The translations under genes and the position numbers were made by a program. Below the pieces are notes generated by a model. That model did no database searches. It saw only the letters and a list, made by a program, of their open reading frames with translations, and was not told the DNA's origin. From contig CAZWDO010000031.1 in NCBI GenBank assembly GCA_964632485.1, forward strand, positions 1 through 34,841: a stretch of DNA of 34,841 nt, written 5' to 3'. Shown piece after piece: positions 17,753-28,767 of the stretch. The stretch comes from an uncultured bacterium. Lineage in GTDB: Bacteria; JAGOEH01. How positions within the stretch are numbered: the stretch's first letter is position 1; each line of letters opens with the position of its first letter.

Positions 17753-18724
17753 TTAAGGTTTAATTAAAATTACAGCGATATATGCCAGATAGAAAATATT
17801 AAAAAGAATTCCTTCCCAACGTTCAATTTTTCTACCCTTCCCCGTAAAGATAAACATGAATAACAATAAGCTGGCAACTATATTCACCCCCAAATCAAAA
17901 TTTACATTAGCCGGTACTTCCACCGGATAAATTGTGGATGAAACGCCTAGAATAAGAAAGACATTAAATATATTTGACCCCACAATATTGCCGATGGCAA
18001 TATCCACATTGCGTTTCATTGCGGCAATAATCGAAGTAACCATTTCCGGCAATGAAGTACCAAGAGAAACAATCGTCAACGCAATCACTCGTTCTGAAAA
18101 ACCCAATTGAAACGCTAGTTTTGTTGCAAATTGAACAATAATTTTACCTCCCAGCATCAATAAGGCTAACCCCAAACCCATAAACAGGATGGATTTTAAA
18201 GTGGTATAATTTTTTGTTGGAATCTCTTGAGAAAATTCACCACTTTTGATCAATTGGAAATTGTATGAAATGAAAATTAAAAAAAACGAAAGGAGAATAA
18301 TACCATCAATTCTGGAAATCGAAGAGATTGACGCATGGTCAATGATCACATCATTCGCAGTTACAAATAGTATCAAGACAGACATAAGGCAAAGAGGGAC
18401 TTCAATCCATGTCGTATTGGATTTTACCGTAAGCGGGTAGATAATAGCGGATACACCCAAAATTCCCAGTATATTCACTATATTGCTACCCAATACATTA
18501 CCAAGAACGATAGAAGAATTGTGATTGATGGCAGCAAAAATATTCACAACTAGTTCGGGAGCCGACGTACCGAATGACACAATCGTCAAACCGATCACAA
18601 TATTGGGAATGTTGAATCTTTTTGCCAAAGCGGTAGCTGCGTCTACCAGCAAATTACCTCCATAGATTAAGGGAACAAATCCGGACAACAAAAAAATGAG
18701 ACTTAGCATATACACTCCTGACAT
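17753..18724 (-). CDS. Calcium/sodium antiporter (CaCA family, YrbG-like)
   Basis: Two alpha repeats GTSAPE...GNVLGSN and GTSLPE...GNIVGSN; highly hydrophobic. Confidence 0.93.
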   Translation of the reverse strand: MSGVYMLSLIFLLSGFVPLIYGGNLLVDAATALAKRFNIPNIVIGLTIVSFGTSAPELVVNIFAAINHNSSIVLGNVLGSNIVNILGILGVSAIIYPLTVKSNTTWIEVPLCLMSVLILFVTANDVIIDHASISSISRIDGIILLSFFLIFISYNFQLIKSGEFSQEIPTKNYTTLKSILFMGLGLALLMLGGKIIVQFATKLAFQLGFSERVIALTIVSLGTSLPEMVTSIIAAMKRNVDIAIGNIVGSNIFNVFLILGVSSTIYPVEVPANVNFDLGVNIVASLLLFMFIFTGKGRKIERWEGILFNIFYLAYIAVILIKP

Positions 18725-18974
18725 TATGATAGATAATTTTTATTAGTAAATTTTATAGTACAGTTCCATCAATCAATTACTTTAACATAGGACTCAATTT
18801 TTTACATACATTAAAACATCTTCAGCAGTCGCCATTTTTCAAATCGGATGCGATGACTGGCAAATTCAGTTTTAAAGGAGAGGAGAGTGAAAACTTTGCG
18901 CCCTACCGCCGGACAAATTGCGCGATTCTCACGCTTCCAATGAAATGGCAATAGAAAGAAAAGTAGCATCTATT

Positions 18975-20270
18975 CTATTGATAATCTTTTTTAATCTCGG
19001 CAGTCGGAAAATAATGATTTAAAATTTCCATAAACATTTTACCGTGTTGAGCCATACCGACCGCTCCGGACTGGCACATGCCGACACCATGGCCCCAACC
19101 GGCGCCTTTAAGGATATATTTACTCCCCTGATCCGGATTTTCACTTGTATCAAAATAGAAACAAGAGCTTTTTAGGGGTGGTTTCCAGATCATACGAGTA
19201 CTTAATTCCGATGTAGTAAGGAGGGTATCATGTTCACCGATAAACGCCATGCGGATAATCCGTCCGGATGGCCCGCGTTTGAGCGCTTTCAACGTGATTA
19301 GCTTCCCAACATTTTTCTCCCGATTGACCCAGGCAGTTAACGAATCAGCCGAAGTTTCAACGGTCCAGCGGAAATTGCGTTGGCTCCAGGCAGGCAGGCT
19401 GTCATTGAAATGATAGTTGCACCAAGTATGAGGATTGCCGTCAACCCATTTTCTGACATTTTCTTCCGTAGAAAGATCGATTTTCGAGGTGGTATCGGCA
19501 TCTATGTGGGAGCTCCAATAAGGTACCGGACCCGAACGGTCAGGCCAGACATTTTCGACATTTTCCGAAACGCCCCCGCAATTGGAAGCGAAAAAAGCAT
19601 TGATTGGGCGGCCATTAGCAAACAGGCCCATTCCCCGAGTCGCATCGACTGCCATGTCGGATCGGGCAGTACGATGCGAATTGCCACTGAAAACCTGGCA
19701 ATCCACATCGGCGCAGATATCAAAGTAATCGCCACGATACATGCCGTTATAAAGAGCGACAAAGGTCTCGGACCGTGCAGCCACTGCCTGCGCCTTTAAG
19801 GCTTCCAGCGGTTGTTCCCCTCCCATTTCCGAAGGCAGCACACCATAAAGATACTTCTCCACCGGAAGGCAGACGATGACGTCTATTTTCTGTTCGCTGT
19901 TAATACGAAATTCGATCTCACCGGAATAGGTTCGGTTTTCTATGCCAGCCCACCACCAGCCGATTCCATAAGGAACATCCCGAATCATCAACTTGCCGTC
20001 GCTTTTAGCGCTAACCGCTTGAAACAAGGTATCCTGTAACGGCGTTCCTTGTTGAGAGCCCTTTAATATAAGTTTTCCTTCGGCGCATTTCATGGTGTAA
20101 TATGCCGTATCGGTTATATCTATCCGTTGATTCAGCGTCCAGGGAGCTTTAAACTGAAGCTGAATTTCATCCAGTGTGTAAATCACCCGAACCCGAATAA
20201 CGGGCTCATCCTTAGCCTGACCTACAACAGCAAAAAACATGCACCATATCCAAAAGACTAATTTCCTCAT
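18975..20270 (-). CDS. SpoIID/LytB-domain protein (putative lytic transglycosylase)
   Basis: Signal peptide, YLYGVLPSEM, EALKAQAVAARS, GWGHGVGMCQSGA. Confidence 0.92.
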   Translation of the reverse strand: MRKLVFWIWCMFFAVVGQAKDEPVIRVRVIYTLDEIQLQFKAPWTLNQRIDITDTAYYTMKCAEGKLILKGSQQGTPLQDTLFQAVSAKSDGKLMIRDVPYGIGWWWAGIENRTYSGEIEFRINSEQKIDVIVCLPVEKYLYGVLPSEMGGEQPLEALKAQAVAARSETFVALYNGMYRGDYFDICADVDCQVFSGNSHRTARSDMAVDATRGMGLFANGRPINAFFASNCGGVSENVENVWPDRSGPVPYWSSHIDADTTSKIDLSTEENVRKWVDGNPHTWCNYHFNDSLPAWSQRNFRWTVETSADSLTAWVNREKNVGKLITLKALKRGPSGRIIRMAFIGEHDTLLTTSELSTRMIWKPPLKSSCFYFDTSENPDQGSKYILKGAGWGHGVGMCQSGAVGMAQHGKMFMEILNHYFPTAEIKKDYQ

Positions 20271-20417
20271 GAGTTTTCTCCTTGTTTAAACATCATTTTC
20301 TGACTTATTGCCGATTTTAAAATTCCACTTTATAAATATCCGATAGAGATGCCGCACTCCCCCACGAATCAAGATACAAGAGTGTACGGTTCTAATTTTA
20401 TTTGCAAATCTTTTCGT

Positions 20418-23198
20418 TTAATCAGAAATCGAAAACACAATCGACACCGATATTCCACTCACGCTCGACATATTCAGTTTCCCATGAATCTGCTCAGCCA
20501 TCATGTTCACCAATCGCAATCCCATACTCGGCGAATTCATCGGATCTAAGTCCGAAGAAAACCCCACGCCATTATCGGTCACGTTAAATTCAATTGTCTG
20601 CTCACGGGTTAACAGCTCAACTTGAATGATTCCCTCCCTATCAGAAGAGAATGCATATTTTAATGAATTGCTGATTAGCTCATTCAGAATCAAGCCCAAC
20701 GGAACTGCGTATTTGGAAGGCAGATTAATTTTATCAAGCCGGGTAACGAGCCGAATATGCTTTTGATTGATATGATAGGTTTCAAAAATTGAATGGCCTA
20801 ATTCTGCAATATAAACAGACATATCAATACGCGCCAGATCAGGGGACAAATACAATTTATTATAGATTTTTGCCATCGATTGAATTCTGTTGATGGCATT
20901 TTCAAAAATTTCCCTTGACTGAGTTTCATGTAAGCGCTCCATCTCGAGAGCGAGCAAGCTGGAAATGACATTCAGATTATTCTTGACCCGATGTTGGAGT
21001 TCCTTCATCAGAAATTCCTTATGAAGAACCAAAGACTGGAGAGCTTTCTCAGACTGTTGGCGTTCCAGCTCCCCGGCGGACCGGACCGAAACCAATTTCA
21101 ATACATTTTCGATCAAGTGGGGATTGTCAATTGGCAATCGGCTGATCAGGGCGATCAAACCCACAGGCGCTCCCTCGGAATTAATCAGCGTTATTCCCGC
21201 GTAGCCTTCCGCATTCATCTCCTGAAGAACGATGTCCTTAGGGAAAAGATAGCGAACCCGGTTTCGATAACAACATACCGATTTATCGATCACTTTCCCG
21301 CAGGGAGTATCTTTCAATGTATAGGACACATTATCTTCAAATTTACCGTCAAAATAGACGGCTACAGTTTGGGCTACGAAATTTCCCTCCTCCAGACGAT
21401 CGATACAGACATAATCCATTTTCAGCTTTTCAGCCAGGAAACGGGCCAAAGAATTGAAGAAACTTTCCCCCGTTTTCATCCAGCCTCGTTGGGCTAAAAA
21501 CAGATTCGTCTCTTCGATCTCTTTGCGTTCGGAAATATCCGACAATGTTCCGACCATTCGCAATGCCTTCCCATCCGCGTCCCAATCAACCACCCGGCCA
21601 CGGATCGTAACCCACAGCCAACCCCCCGGTTTCGTTTTCAACCGGAGATCAATAACAAAACCCTCGCCATTTTCAACTTTTCGGGCCAGCTCAGTATCCA
21701 CTCGCTCAATATCATCGGGATGCACAAACTGACGCCAGGTAGAGAAATTCTGTGGAAATCCATTGTCTTCATAGCCCAGAATGTTAAAGTATCGGGTATT
21801 TAAAAAAGCTTGGCCAGACTGGATATGCCACTCCCAGAGGCCATCATTAACAGCTTCAAGGGTTAAAGCATAACGCTGCTCCCTATCCTTCATGGCCTGT
21901 TGCGTTAGTTTCAGATCGGTGATATCCCGTGAGATGCCGATGACACTGTTTACCTCACCATTTTCGTCAAATTCCGGACACAATCTAAGTTGAAGATACT
22001 TATCACCACCTATCAACTCAACATCAAATTCAATTATACAGGATTTACCGGTCAGAAACACTTTTTCAATATTTTCGTGCCAGAGTTGGCAGAGATGCTC
22101 CGGGAAACCCAAATCATGATGAGTTTTTCCAACAAATTGTTCAATTGCAACTCCGGTTGCCGTCAATGCGGCCGGATTTCCATATAAATGGCGTCCGGCG
22201 CGATCATAGCGCATAATAAAGTCCGATGTATTTTCGACAATAGCGCGAAATTTTTCCTCGCTTTCCCGCGCCAATTTTTCCAAATTTTTCCGTTCCGTGA
22301 TATCGGTAAACACGACGGCGAATTGATTAGTATCGGGAGTGAACACCCAGGTATTGTAATACTTGTCTAATTCCTTTGAAAAATTTTGATAGGAGAGCGG
22401 TTCTCCCGTACGAACCACTCGATCATACGTATCAATCCAGTATTGCTCCGTTTCTGGCATCACCTCACGGACAGTTTTACCCATTAGATCAGCTACTTTA
22501 ATCCCGGTCAATGCTTCGAAAGCCGGGTTGACTTCCAAAAAACGGTAATCGATGGCGCGTCCCTGCCCATCGTAGATCATCTCATGCAAAGCCACTCCTG
22601 CGATCATATTTTCAAAAAGTAGCCGATAACGGTGTTCATTGATCAATAATGCGTTTCTTGACTCGCGTAATTCAGCATTCACCGCTTCAAATTTATTGTT
22701 GATGGCTTGTAATTCTTCAATTGACGCCTTCAATTCAGCATTCACTTCTTCAATGAGCAATTTCCGGTTCATAATATCCTGTTGGGCATCAAAAAGCTTA
22801 AACGCCATTTTGATTGAAGCGTCAAGCACCGTGATACCAGAATTCTTGACTACATACCCATAGTTGGTAATTTTCTCGGTTTTCTCCACAATCTCCGGTT
22901 CGATATGAGAGGAGAGAAACACGACGGGTAGATTAAACGTTTGCAGGATAATTTGAGCCGCTTTTGTACCGTCCATTCCTTGGCCTAAATCAATATCCAT
23001 TAAAATTAGATCAATTTCATAAAGCGGGGAATTCATGGCATCTATCGCCTTTTCTCCGCTTAATTCATGAATAACACGATACCCCCGGCTGGTGAGCTCC
23101 CGTATTTCCATCATAGCAATAAGCGCTTCATCCTCCACTAAAAGAATTTTTTTCATGGGAATTTTTTCCAAGATTTTCTCCTTTTCAAAATCAAACAT
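20418..23198 (-). CDS. Soluble REC-PASx3-GAF histidine kinase (HisKA_2 type)
   Basis: REC (ILLVEDE, LMDIDL), three PAS/PAC units ending DITE/DITD/DISE, GAF-like segment, ELQHRVKNNL, NELISNSLKYAF, DNGVG; start may be 23156. Confidence 0.9.
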   Translation of the reverse strand: MFDFEKEKILEKIPMKKILLVEDEALIAMMEIRELTSRGYRVIHELSGEKAIDAMNSPLYEIDLILMDIDLGQGMDGTKAAQIILQTFNLPVVFLSSHIEPEIVEKTEKITNYGYVVKNSGITVLDASIKMAFKLFDAQQDIMNRKLLIEEVNAELKASIEELQAINNKFEAVNAELRESRNALLINEHRYRLLFENMIAGVALHEMIYDGQGRAIDYRFLEVNPAFEALTGIKVADLMGKTVREVMPETEQYWIDTYDRVVRTGEPLSYQNFSKELDKYYNTWVFTPDTNQFAVVFTDITERKNLEKLARESEEKFRAIVENTSDFIMRYDRAGRHLYGNPAALTATGVAIEQFVGKTHHDLGFPEHLCQLWHENIEKVFLTGKSCIIEFDVELIGGDKYLQLRLCPEFDENGEVNSVIGISRDITDLKLTQQAMKDREQRYALTLEAVNDGLWEWHIQSGQAFLNTRYFNILGYEDNGFPQNFSTWRQFVHPDDIERVDTELARKVENGEGFVIDLRLKTKPGGWLWVTIRGRVVDWDADGKALRMVGTLSDISERKEIEETNLFLAQRGWMKTGESFFNSLARFLAEKLKMDYVCIDRLEEGNFVAQTVAVYFDGKFEDNVSYTLKDTPCGKVIDKSVCCYRNRVRYLFPKDIVLQEMNAEGYAGITLINSEGAPVGLIALISRLPIDNPHLIENVLKLVSVRSAGELERQQSEKALQSLVLHKEFLMKELQHRVKNNLNVISSLLALEMERLHETQSREIFENAINRIQSMAKIYNKLYLSPDLARIDMSVYIAELGHSIFETYHINQKHIRLVTRLDKINLPSKYAVPLGLILNELISNSLKYAFSSDREGIIQVELLTREQTIEFNVTDNGVGFSSDLDPMNSPSMGLRLVNMMAEQIHGKLNMSSVSGISVSIVFSISD

Positions 23199-23352
23199 CT
23201 ATATCTTTCATCAATTGCTATGAAACAATTATAAAAAATTTGCCTGGTCCAGTTTAGCAAAATCCAAGCAGGCCGAATAGCTCCTTAACGATTTTAGTCC
23301 CATATTTAATAAGAATATAATGAATTTCATTTTAGTACGATTCAGAGGATAA

Positions 23353-24312
23353 TCATCGGCCCACAACAACGCAATTTTTCCCTCCGGCCTTCCCTTCATA
23401 CAATGCGGTATCGGCGATTTTTAAAGTTTTATCAAATAAAAAAAGTTTATTGTGCCCGGCAACGCCAAAAGTCGCTGTCACCCACAACTGGTAAGTATTA
23501 TATTCTAAATTTAATTTTTCCAGTTCTACTCGGATTCTTTCGGCATGTATTTGAGCGCCTGCGCTATCGGTATCCGGAAGTAGTATTAAAAATTCTTCTC
23601 CGCCCCATCGCGAGGGGGTGTCATGCGCCCTCGACAAGCTTTTCAGGATATCAGCGATTCGCCGGAGCACGAAATCACCGCAATCATGGCCATATCGATC
23701 GTTTATAAATTTAAAATTATCAATATCCATTATAATGATAGAAAAGCTGTTTTTCGTTCTTTTTCCTCTGGATGTTTCATCATCAATTTTTTCTAAGATA
23801 TCCCGACGGTTTGAAAGTCCTGTCAACATATCTGTACGTGATAAATAACTAACCTGCTCAAGGGTTTTTTCTAAATCATCTCTTTGCTCTTCAATTTTTT
23901 TATTGGCCGCCTTAAGATCACGAATCGTCTGCTGCAATTTCAGATGATTTTTGACCCGCGCATTTACAATAGAAGGACTTACGGGTTTTACAATATAATC
24001 GACAGCTCCAAGATTTAATCCTTTGGTTTCATCTTCAACCTCATGCATAGCGGAGATAAAAATAATTGGGATTTCCGAAGTAACTGGATTGCCTTTTAGT
24101 TCAGCGCAAACCTCATATCCGTTCAGTTCAGGCATCATGACGTCCAACAAAATCAGGTCTGGTTTTTGTGAAATGGCTAAATCCAGCGCCTTCTTTCCGG
24201 TCATAGCAAAAATGACCATGTAGTCGCTTTTCAGTATCTCATTTAAAATCCTGATATTTTCAGCCATATCATCAACAATTAGTATTTTATGGTTTTTGCT
24301 TTCAGCAGCCAT
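23353..24312 (-). CDS. Response regulator diguanylate cyclase (REC-GGDEF)
   Basis: ILIVDD, LLDVMMP, DIDNFKFIND, GGEEF active site with RxxD I-site (RAHD); start overlaps the upstream kinase. Confidence 0.93.
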   Translation of the reverse strand: MAAESKNHKILIVDDMAENIRILNEILKSDYMVIFAMTGKKALDLAISQKPDLILLDVMMPELNGYEVCAELKGNPVTSEIPIIFISAMHEVEDETKGLNLGAVDYIVKPVSPSIVNARVKNHLKLQQTIRDLKAANKKIEEQRDDLEKTLEQVSYLSRTDMLTGLSNRRDILEKIDDETSRGKRTKNSFSIIIMDIDNFKFINDRYGHDCGDFVLRRIADILKSLSRAHDTPSRWGGEEFLILLPDTDSAGAQIHAERIRVELEKLNLEYNTYQLWVTATFGVAGHNKLFLFDKTLKIADTALYEGKAGGKNCVVVGR

Positions 24313-27300
24313 CGGATTTCACTTTATTTATCACGCCCATTAACTCCTTTGTTTTCAGTAAGGCCATATCAAATTCAAAATCATGGGTAAGTTTTTTTAT
24401 AGCAGCAAGCTTTTCGATAATGGTATGATCGGTAATGGAATTTAATTCATCTATGATATCAATGGCTTTTAAGTTATTTTCACTCAGATAATTGGCCAAT
24501 AGAGCCGCAAGAATCCCAATTTTTTTTATATCGGCTGGGTTTTGTCTTATGGCGCCAGACATATTTTGGTTTTCATAAAGCCATTGATTAATCGCTTTTA
24601 CAATTTTGCCGGTATCATCCTTCAATCGCTGGATTATGTTTTTACATTGAAACAAATCGCTTTCGTTTTTGGCCATCATCTCAAGTTCTTGTAAAATTCC
24701 GACTAATAGATTCGCTCCAATGTTTCCGACGATTCCTTTCATTGAATGAGCATAAAACAATAACTCACGCGCATTATCGTTTTCCATGCTGGTTTGCAGC
24801 TCTTGAAGCAATAGTTGATGTTTAGAAACGAATCCTTCCAGCAATTGGATATACAGTTTTTTATTCCCACTCATACGTCCCAATGCCGAAGCAGCATCTA
24901 TCCCGGTTATTTCGCTATTTAAAGGAGTATCGCCCCGTTCACTATTCATATTCCTTTGATTTTTAGTTAACTTTAGCGTCGTCCATTTTTCCAATATATA
25001 GATCAATTGTTTTTCCACGATGGGTTTGGTTAAAAAGTCATCCATCCCGGCAACAAAACATTTTTCTCTTTCATTATTGATCATTCCGGCCGTCAACGCC
25101 ACAATTGGCACGTGTCTGTTTGAAGTCAATTCCATTTTCCTGATTTCTTTAGTCGCTTCAACTCCATCCATTTCAGGCATTTGAATATCCATCAACACTA
25201 AATCAGGCGAATTTTCCATCGCCAGTTTAACCGCTTTCCGACCGTTTTCAGCTTCCAAAAATTCCGTTTCAGAAAAGTAACGTTTAATCATGGTGGATAC
25301 CAGCATTCTATTCAAATCATTATCTTCCGCTATTAAAAAGACCGGAATCTTATCCAATGGCAGTCCGCTATCTTCACTGCTGATATTATAAGTATCATCC
25401 TCATTTACCCATATCGGCTGGATATCGCTTAAATGGTCAATATCAAGCGTATTATCGGATTCAAATTGGGTTATCAGACTAAAAAAGAAAATTGAACCTA
25501 TTCCCGGACTACTTTTTAATTCAATTTTGCCACCCATCTTTTCTACCAGTAAATTTGATATTACCAGCCCGAGACCGGTGCCGCCGAATTCGCGGGTTGT
25601 TGATGAATCTCCCTGTGAAAACGCTTTGAATAGTTTTGTTTTTTGCTCCTCTGTAATTCCTATACCGGTATCTCTGATGGAGAATGTGAATTCTCCAGTC
25701 GTATCATTTATTTTTAAAAAGCTCATTTTGAGTTCAACTTCACCTTTTTCAGTGAATTTAACGGCATTACTGAGTAGATTTACCAGTATCTGTTTTAATC
25801 TATTCGAGTCCACCCAGGCAAATTGTGGCATTGCCGGTGAAATATTCAGCAGTAATTCCAGTTTTTTTTTGGATGCCTGGTATTTAAGGATGTCTGATAC
25901 CTGCTTCATCATTTCAATTATATCTGTTTTTAATAATTCAATCTCCAGTTTTCCAGCCTCAATTTTTGCGAAATCGAGGATATCATTGATAATTCCAAGC
26001 AACGAGTTAGCAGAAATATTGGCATTATGCGCATATTGTTGTTGAATTGGTGTTAGCTGTGTGGTTTTCAATAAATCTGTAAACCCGATTACACTATTTA
26101 AAGGAGTGCGAATCTCGTGGCTCATATTCGCTAAAAATTCGGATTTAGCCTTATTGGCCTTCTCCGCTTCTTCTTTGGCGTTGATAATAACCGCTTCAAA
26201 CAACTTGCGCTCGGTGATATCCTGATGGGTCCCAAACATCCAAAGCGGTTTTCCATCTTCAGTCCAGCTTTTCACTTTCCCTCGGTCAAAAACCCATACC
26301 CAATGCCCTGCTTTATGTTTCATCCGGCATTCAACTTGATAAAACTCCTGCTCGCCCCTGAAATGGCGCTCCAATAATTCGGCGCTGAGCTTAATATCAT
26401 CCGGATGAGCGAATTTTATCCAGGTTTCAATGGAAACTGGCGCGAGTTCATCCAGTGTATAACCGATAATTTTAGCCCAATTTTCATTAAAAATCGCTTC
26501 TCCGGTTTGAATATTCCATTCCCAGGTTCCGACATTCGTTCCCTCCACGATGCCCTTAAGCCTTTCATTTTGAGATTCAATCTCCTGTTCGGCGGTTTTT
26601 AAATTGGTCTGATCGAACAAATAACCCCGGATTGAAATAATCTTCCCATTATCGTCCCGTTCGAATTTAGTAAAATCATATACCCACAGATAGCTGTCAT
26701 CTCGATGCTTAAGACGATATGATTGCTCGAACATATTAATGCCAGTGTCCATATTAAATACCGTTTCATCTGAAATACGTTTGAAATCATCCGGATGAAT
26801 AAGTGAAGCATACCGGAAATCTGGCATCATTAATTCCTCTGGGGTGTATCCGAGAATCTCGGAGATGTTCCTAGAAATATAACGGATAGGCCAATTCTCA
26901 GCGGTATCCCAGACAACCGTAAAAACAGGACCATCGGAAAAAAGATCACGTTCGGCTTTCAAGGAAGCCTCCGCCTGTTTCTGCCGGGTGATGTCACGCA
27001 GAAATGTAAAAAATCGTTCCTGGGCGGGGTGCCATACCGTACTCGCTTCAACATTGATGATTTCCCCATCTTTCCGGCGATGCTCCGTTTCAAAGCGATC
27101 CGAACCATTCTGGATGATTTTATCAATATGCCGGTCAATTTCTTTCCGGGTTTCCATCGTTTCTATATCCGGAACCGACAATAACATCATCTCTTCTCTT
27201 GAATACCCCGCCATTTGACATGCCGCATCATTCACATCCAGAAACTTTCCCAAAGCATCCACTTTCCAGAAACCAACTAAAGCAGTTTGAAGAATAAGAT

Positions 27301-28417
27301 TTTTTTCCGCTTCATTTTCCCGCAGGGCTTTTTCAGCCTGTTTGCGATCAGTAATATCACGGCCGATGCCGACCAGACCCTGCACATTAGAGGATTGATC
27401 AAAAATCGGAGAAAGAGAGGTTTCATAATACTTTGTTCCAGTTTCTCCGTGGAGCTCCCATTCATACGTAAGAAACTCACCCTGTAACGCCCGAGTATTG
27501 GCAGCCGTATGAACCGCCGCATTCTTTTCACCAAAAATTTCCCTCACTGTTTTACCAATAAAGAAAGCGGAAGTTAAACCGCATTTTTCCACCCATGGGC
27601 CAAATACCCCCGTGTGACGTTGCTCAAGATCAAGCGTGAAAACAATATCCTGCATTGAGGCCATTATATTTTTAAAACGTTCCTCACTCAATTTCAAAGC
27701 AATTTCAAACCGTTTACGTTCGGTGATATCCCGCGCTGCGGCATAAATCAAATTCCCTTTTAAATAGGCCCGCCATTCGATGAATCGGTATGCGCCGCCT
27801 TTACAACGATACCTGTTAACAAAATCCAAGGCATGTTCCAATTGCCCCAATTTTAGCATCACATTATGGGTGGAGTGTCTATCATCCGGATGTACGAAAT
27901 CCAGAAACTTTTTGTGAGTCAGTTCTTCAGTCGAATACCTTAAAACCTCAGACAAAGTGCGATTAGTTTTTACAAAATTTCCTTCAAGATCAACAATAGA
28001 TAAAAGGTCAAGATTTACCGAAAAAAATCCTTCAAGCTCGGCTGTCTGCTCCTTCTCTTTTGTAATATCAATAAAAATAGTTGCAAAATAAAATTTTTCA
28101 GGAGAATAAAGGTGAACTTTATACCACCTTTTCAGAGATTCCGAATACTGTTCGAATTGCTTTTCCCCGCCATTCAATGCGATGTCTCCGTAAAAATCAA
28201 TCCAATCAAATCCATCGTTTTCAATTCCAGGAATGACTTCAGTTACTCTTCGATTGATAATATTTGCGGATTTAAGTCCGGTTAACATTTCAAAAGCGGA
28301 ATTTACTTCCAAAAATTTATAGTTGACTGCTTTCCCTGAATCATTGATAATAATTTTATGATACGCATACCCAAAAGGAGAGTTGATAATCATGTATTTA
28401 TAGTTTTCAATTCGCAT
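24302..28417 (-). CDS. Soluble hybrid histidine kinase (PASx6-HisKA-HATPase-REC-Hpt)
   Basis: About six PAS/PAC units, FLANMSHEIRTPL, NLLSNAVKFT, DTGIG, GGTGLGL, REC LMDIQMP, Hpt AHSMKG; no TM segment seen. Confidence 0.93.
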   Translation of the reverse strand: MRIENYKYMIINSPFGYAYHKIIINDSGKAVNYKFLEVNSAFEMLTGLKSANIINRRVTEVIPGIENDGFDWIDFYGDIALNGGEKQFEQYSESLKRWYKVHLYSPEKFYFATIFIDITKEKEQTAELEGFFSVNLDLLSIVDLEGNFVKTNRTLSEVLRYSTEELTHKKFLDFVHPDDRHSTHNVMLKLGQLEHALDFVNRYRCKGGAYRFIEWRAYLKGNLIYAAARDITERKRFEIALKLSEERFKNIMASMQDIVFTLDLEQRHTGVFGPWVEKCGLTSAFFIGKTVREIFGEKNAAVHTAANTRALQGEFLTYEWELHGETGTKYYETSLSPIFDQSSNVQGLVGIGRDITDRKQAEKALRENEAEKNLILQTALVGFWKVDALGKFLDVNDAACQMAGYSREEMMLLSVPDIETMETRKEIDRHIDKIIQNGSDRFETEHRRKDGEIINVEASTVWHPAQERFFTFLRDITRQKQAEASLKAERDLFSDGPVFTVVWDTAENWPIRYISRNISEILGYTPEELMMPDFRYASLIHPDDFKRISDETVFNMDTGINMFEQSYRLKHRDDSYLWVYDFTKFERDDNGKIISIRGYLFDQTNLKTAEQEIESQNERLKGIVEGTNVGTWEWNIQTGEAIFNENWAKIIGYTLDELAPVSIETWIKFAHPDDIKLSAELLERHFRGEQEFYQVECRMKHKAGHWVWVFDRGKVKSWTEDGKPLWMFGTHQDITERKLFEAVIINAKEEAEKANKAKSEFLANMSHEIRTPLNSVIGFTDLLKTTQLTPIQQQYAHNANISANSLLGIINDILDFAKIEAGKLEIELLKTDIIEMMKQVSDILKYQASKKKLELLLNISPAMPQFAWVDSNRLKQILVNLLSNAVKFTEKGEVELKMSFLKINDTTGEFTFSIRDTGIGITEEQKTKLFKAFSQGDSSTTREFGGTGLGLVISNLLVEKMGGKIELKSSPGIGSIFFFSLITQFESDNTLDIDHLSDIQPIWVNEDDTYNISSEDSGLPLDKIPVFLIAEDNDLNRMLVSTMIKRYFSETEFLEAENGRKAVKLAMENSPDLVLMDIQMPEMDGVEATKEIRKMELTSNRHVPIVALTAGMINNEREKCFVAGMDDFLTKPIVEKQLIYILEKWTTLKLTKNQRNMNSERGDTPLNSEITGIDAASALGRMSGNKKLYIQLLEGFVSKHQLLLQELQTSMENDNARELLFYAHSMKGIVGNIGANLLVGILQELEMMAKNESDLFQCKNIIQRLKDDTGKIVKAINQWLYENQNMSGAIRQNPADIKKIGILAALLANYLSENNLKAIDIIDELNSITDHTIIEKLAAIKKLTHDFEFDMALLKTKELMGVINKVKSDGC

Positions 28418-28576
28418 TATGGATTTACCTGATACTGAATTTGAAAATTAGTGATCGAGTCCATTGGTTTTTCTTTTAACATTATTAGCAAAATTGACCT
28501 TTATTAAAAAAATAAACTGTAGCTATCGCATGGTCAATGTAAAAAAGCATCTAACTTAATCTATGTAGTTACACTT

Positions 28577-28605
28577 AAAATACACTTGATACTGCGACTT
28601 GTCAA
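28577..28605 (-). promoter_or_regulatory. Putative sigma70 promoter of the hybrid kinase operon
   Basis: Minus strand TTGACA-N17-TATTTT. Confidence 0.45.
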
Positions 28606-28767
28606 GTAAATTTTTCACAAAAAAATGGGAAAACCTTATTAAATTGGCTGATTATAATATTTGTACAAGCTTAATGTAGGATTTTCAATTGTATCCATAC
28701 GCGAAAAATAGCGAAAAACCGCTTTGATCAGACGGCAGAATATAGGGTATCCTTTCCGTGGTAATCT

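Noticed and set aside
18975-20270. Evidence of sporulation from SpoIID
   Set aside because: SpoIID/LytB domains are common in non-sporulating bacteria and no other sporulation genes are present.
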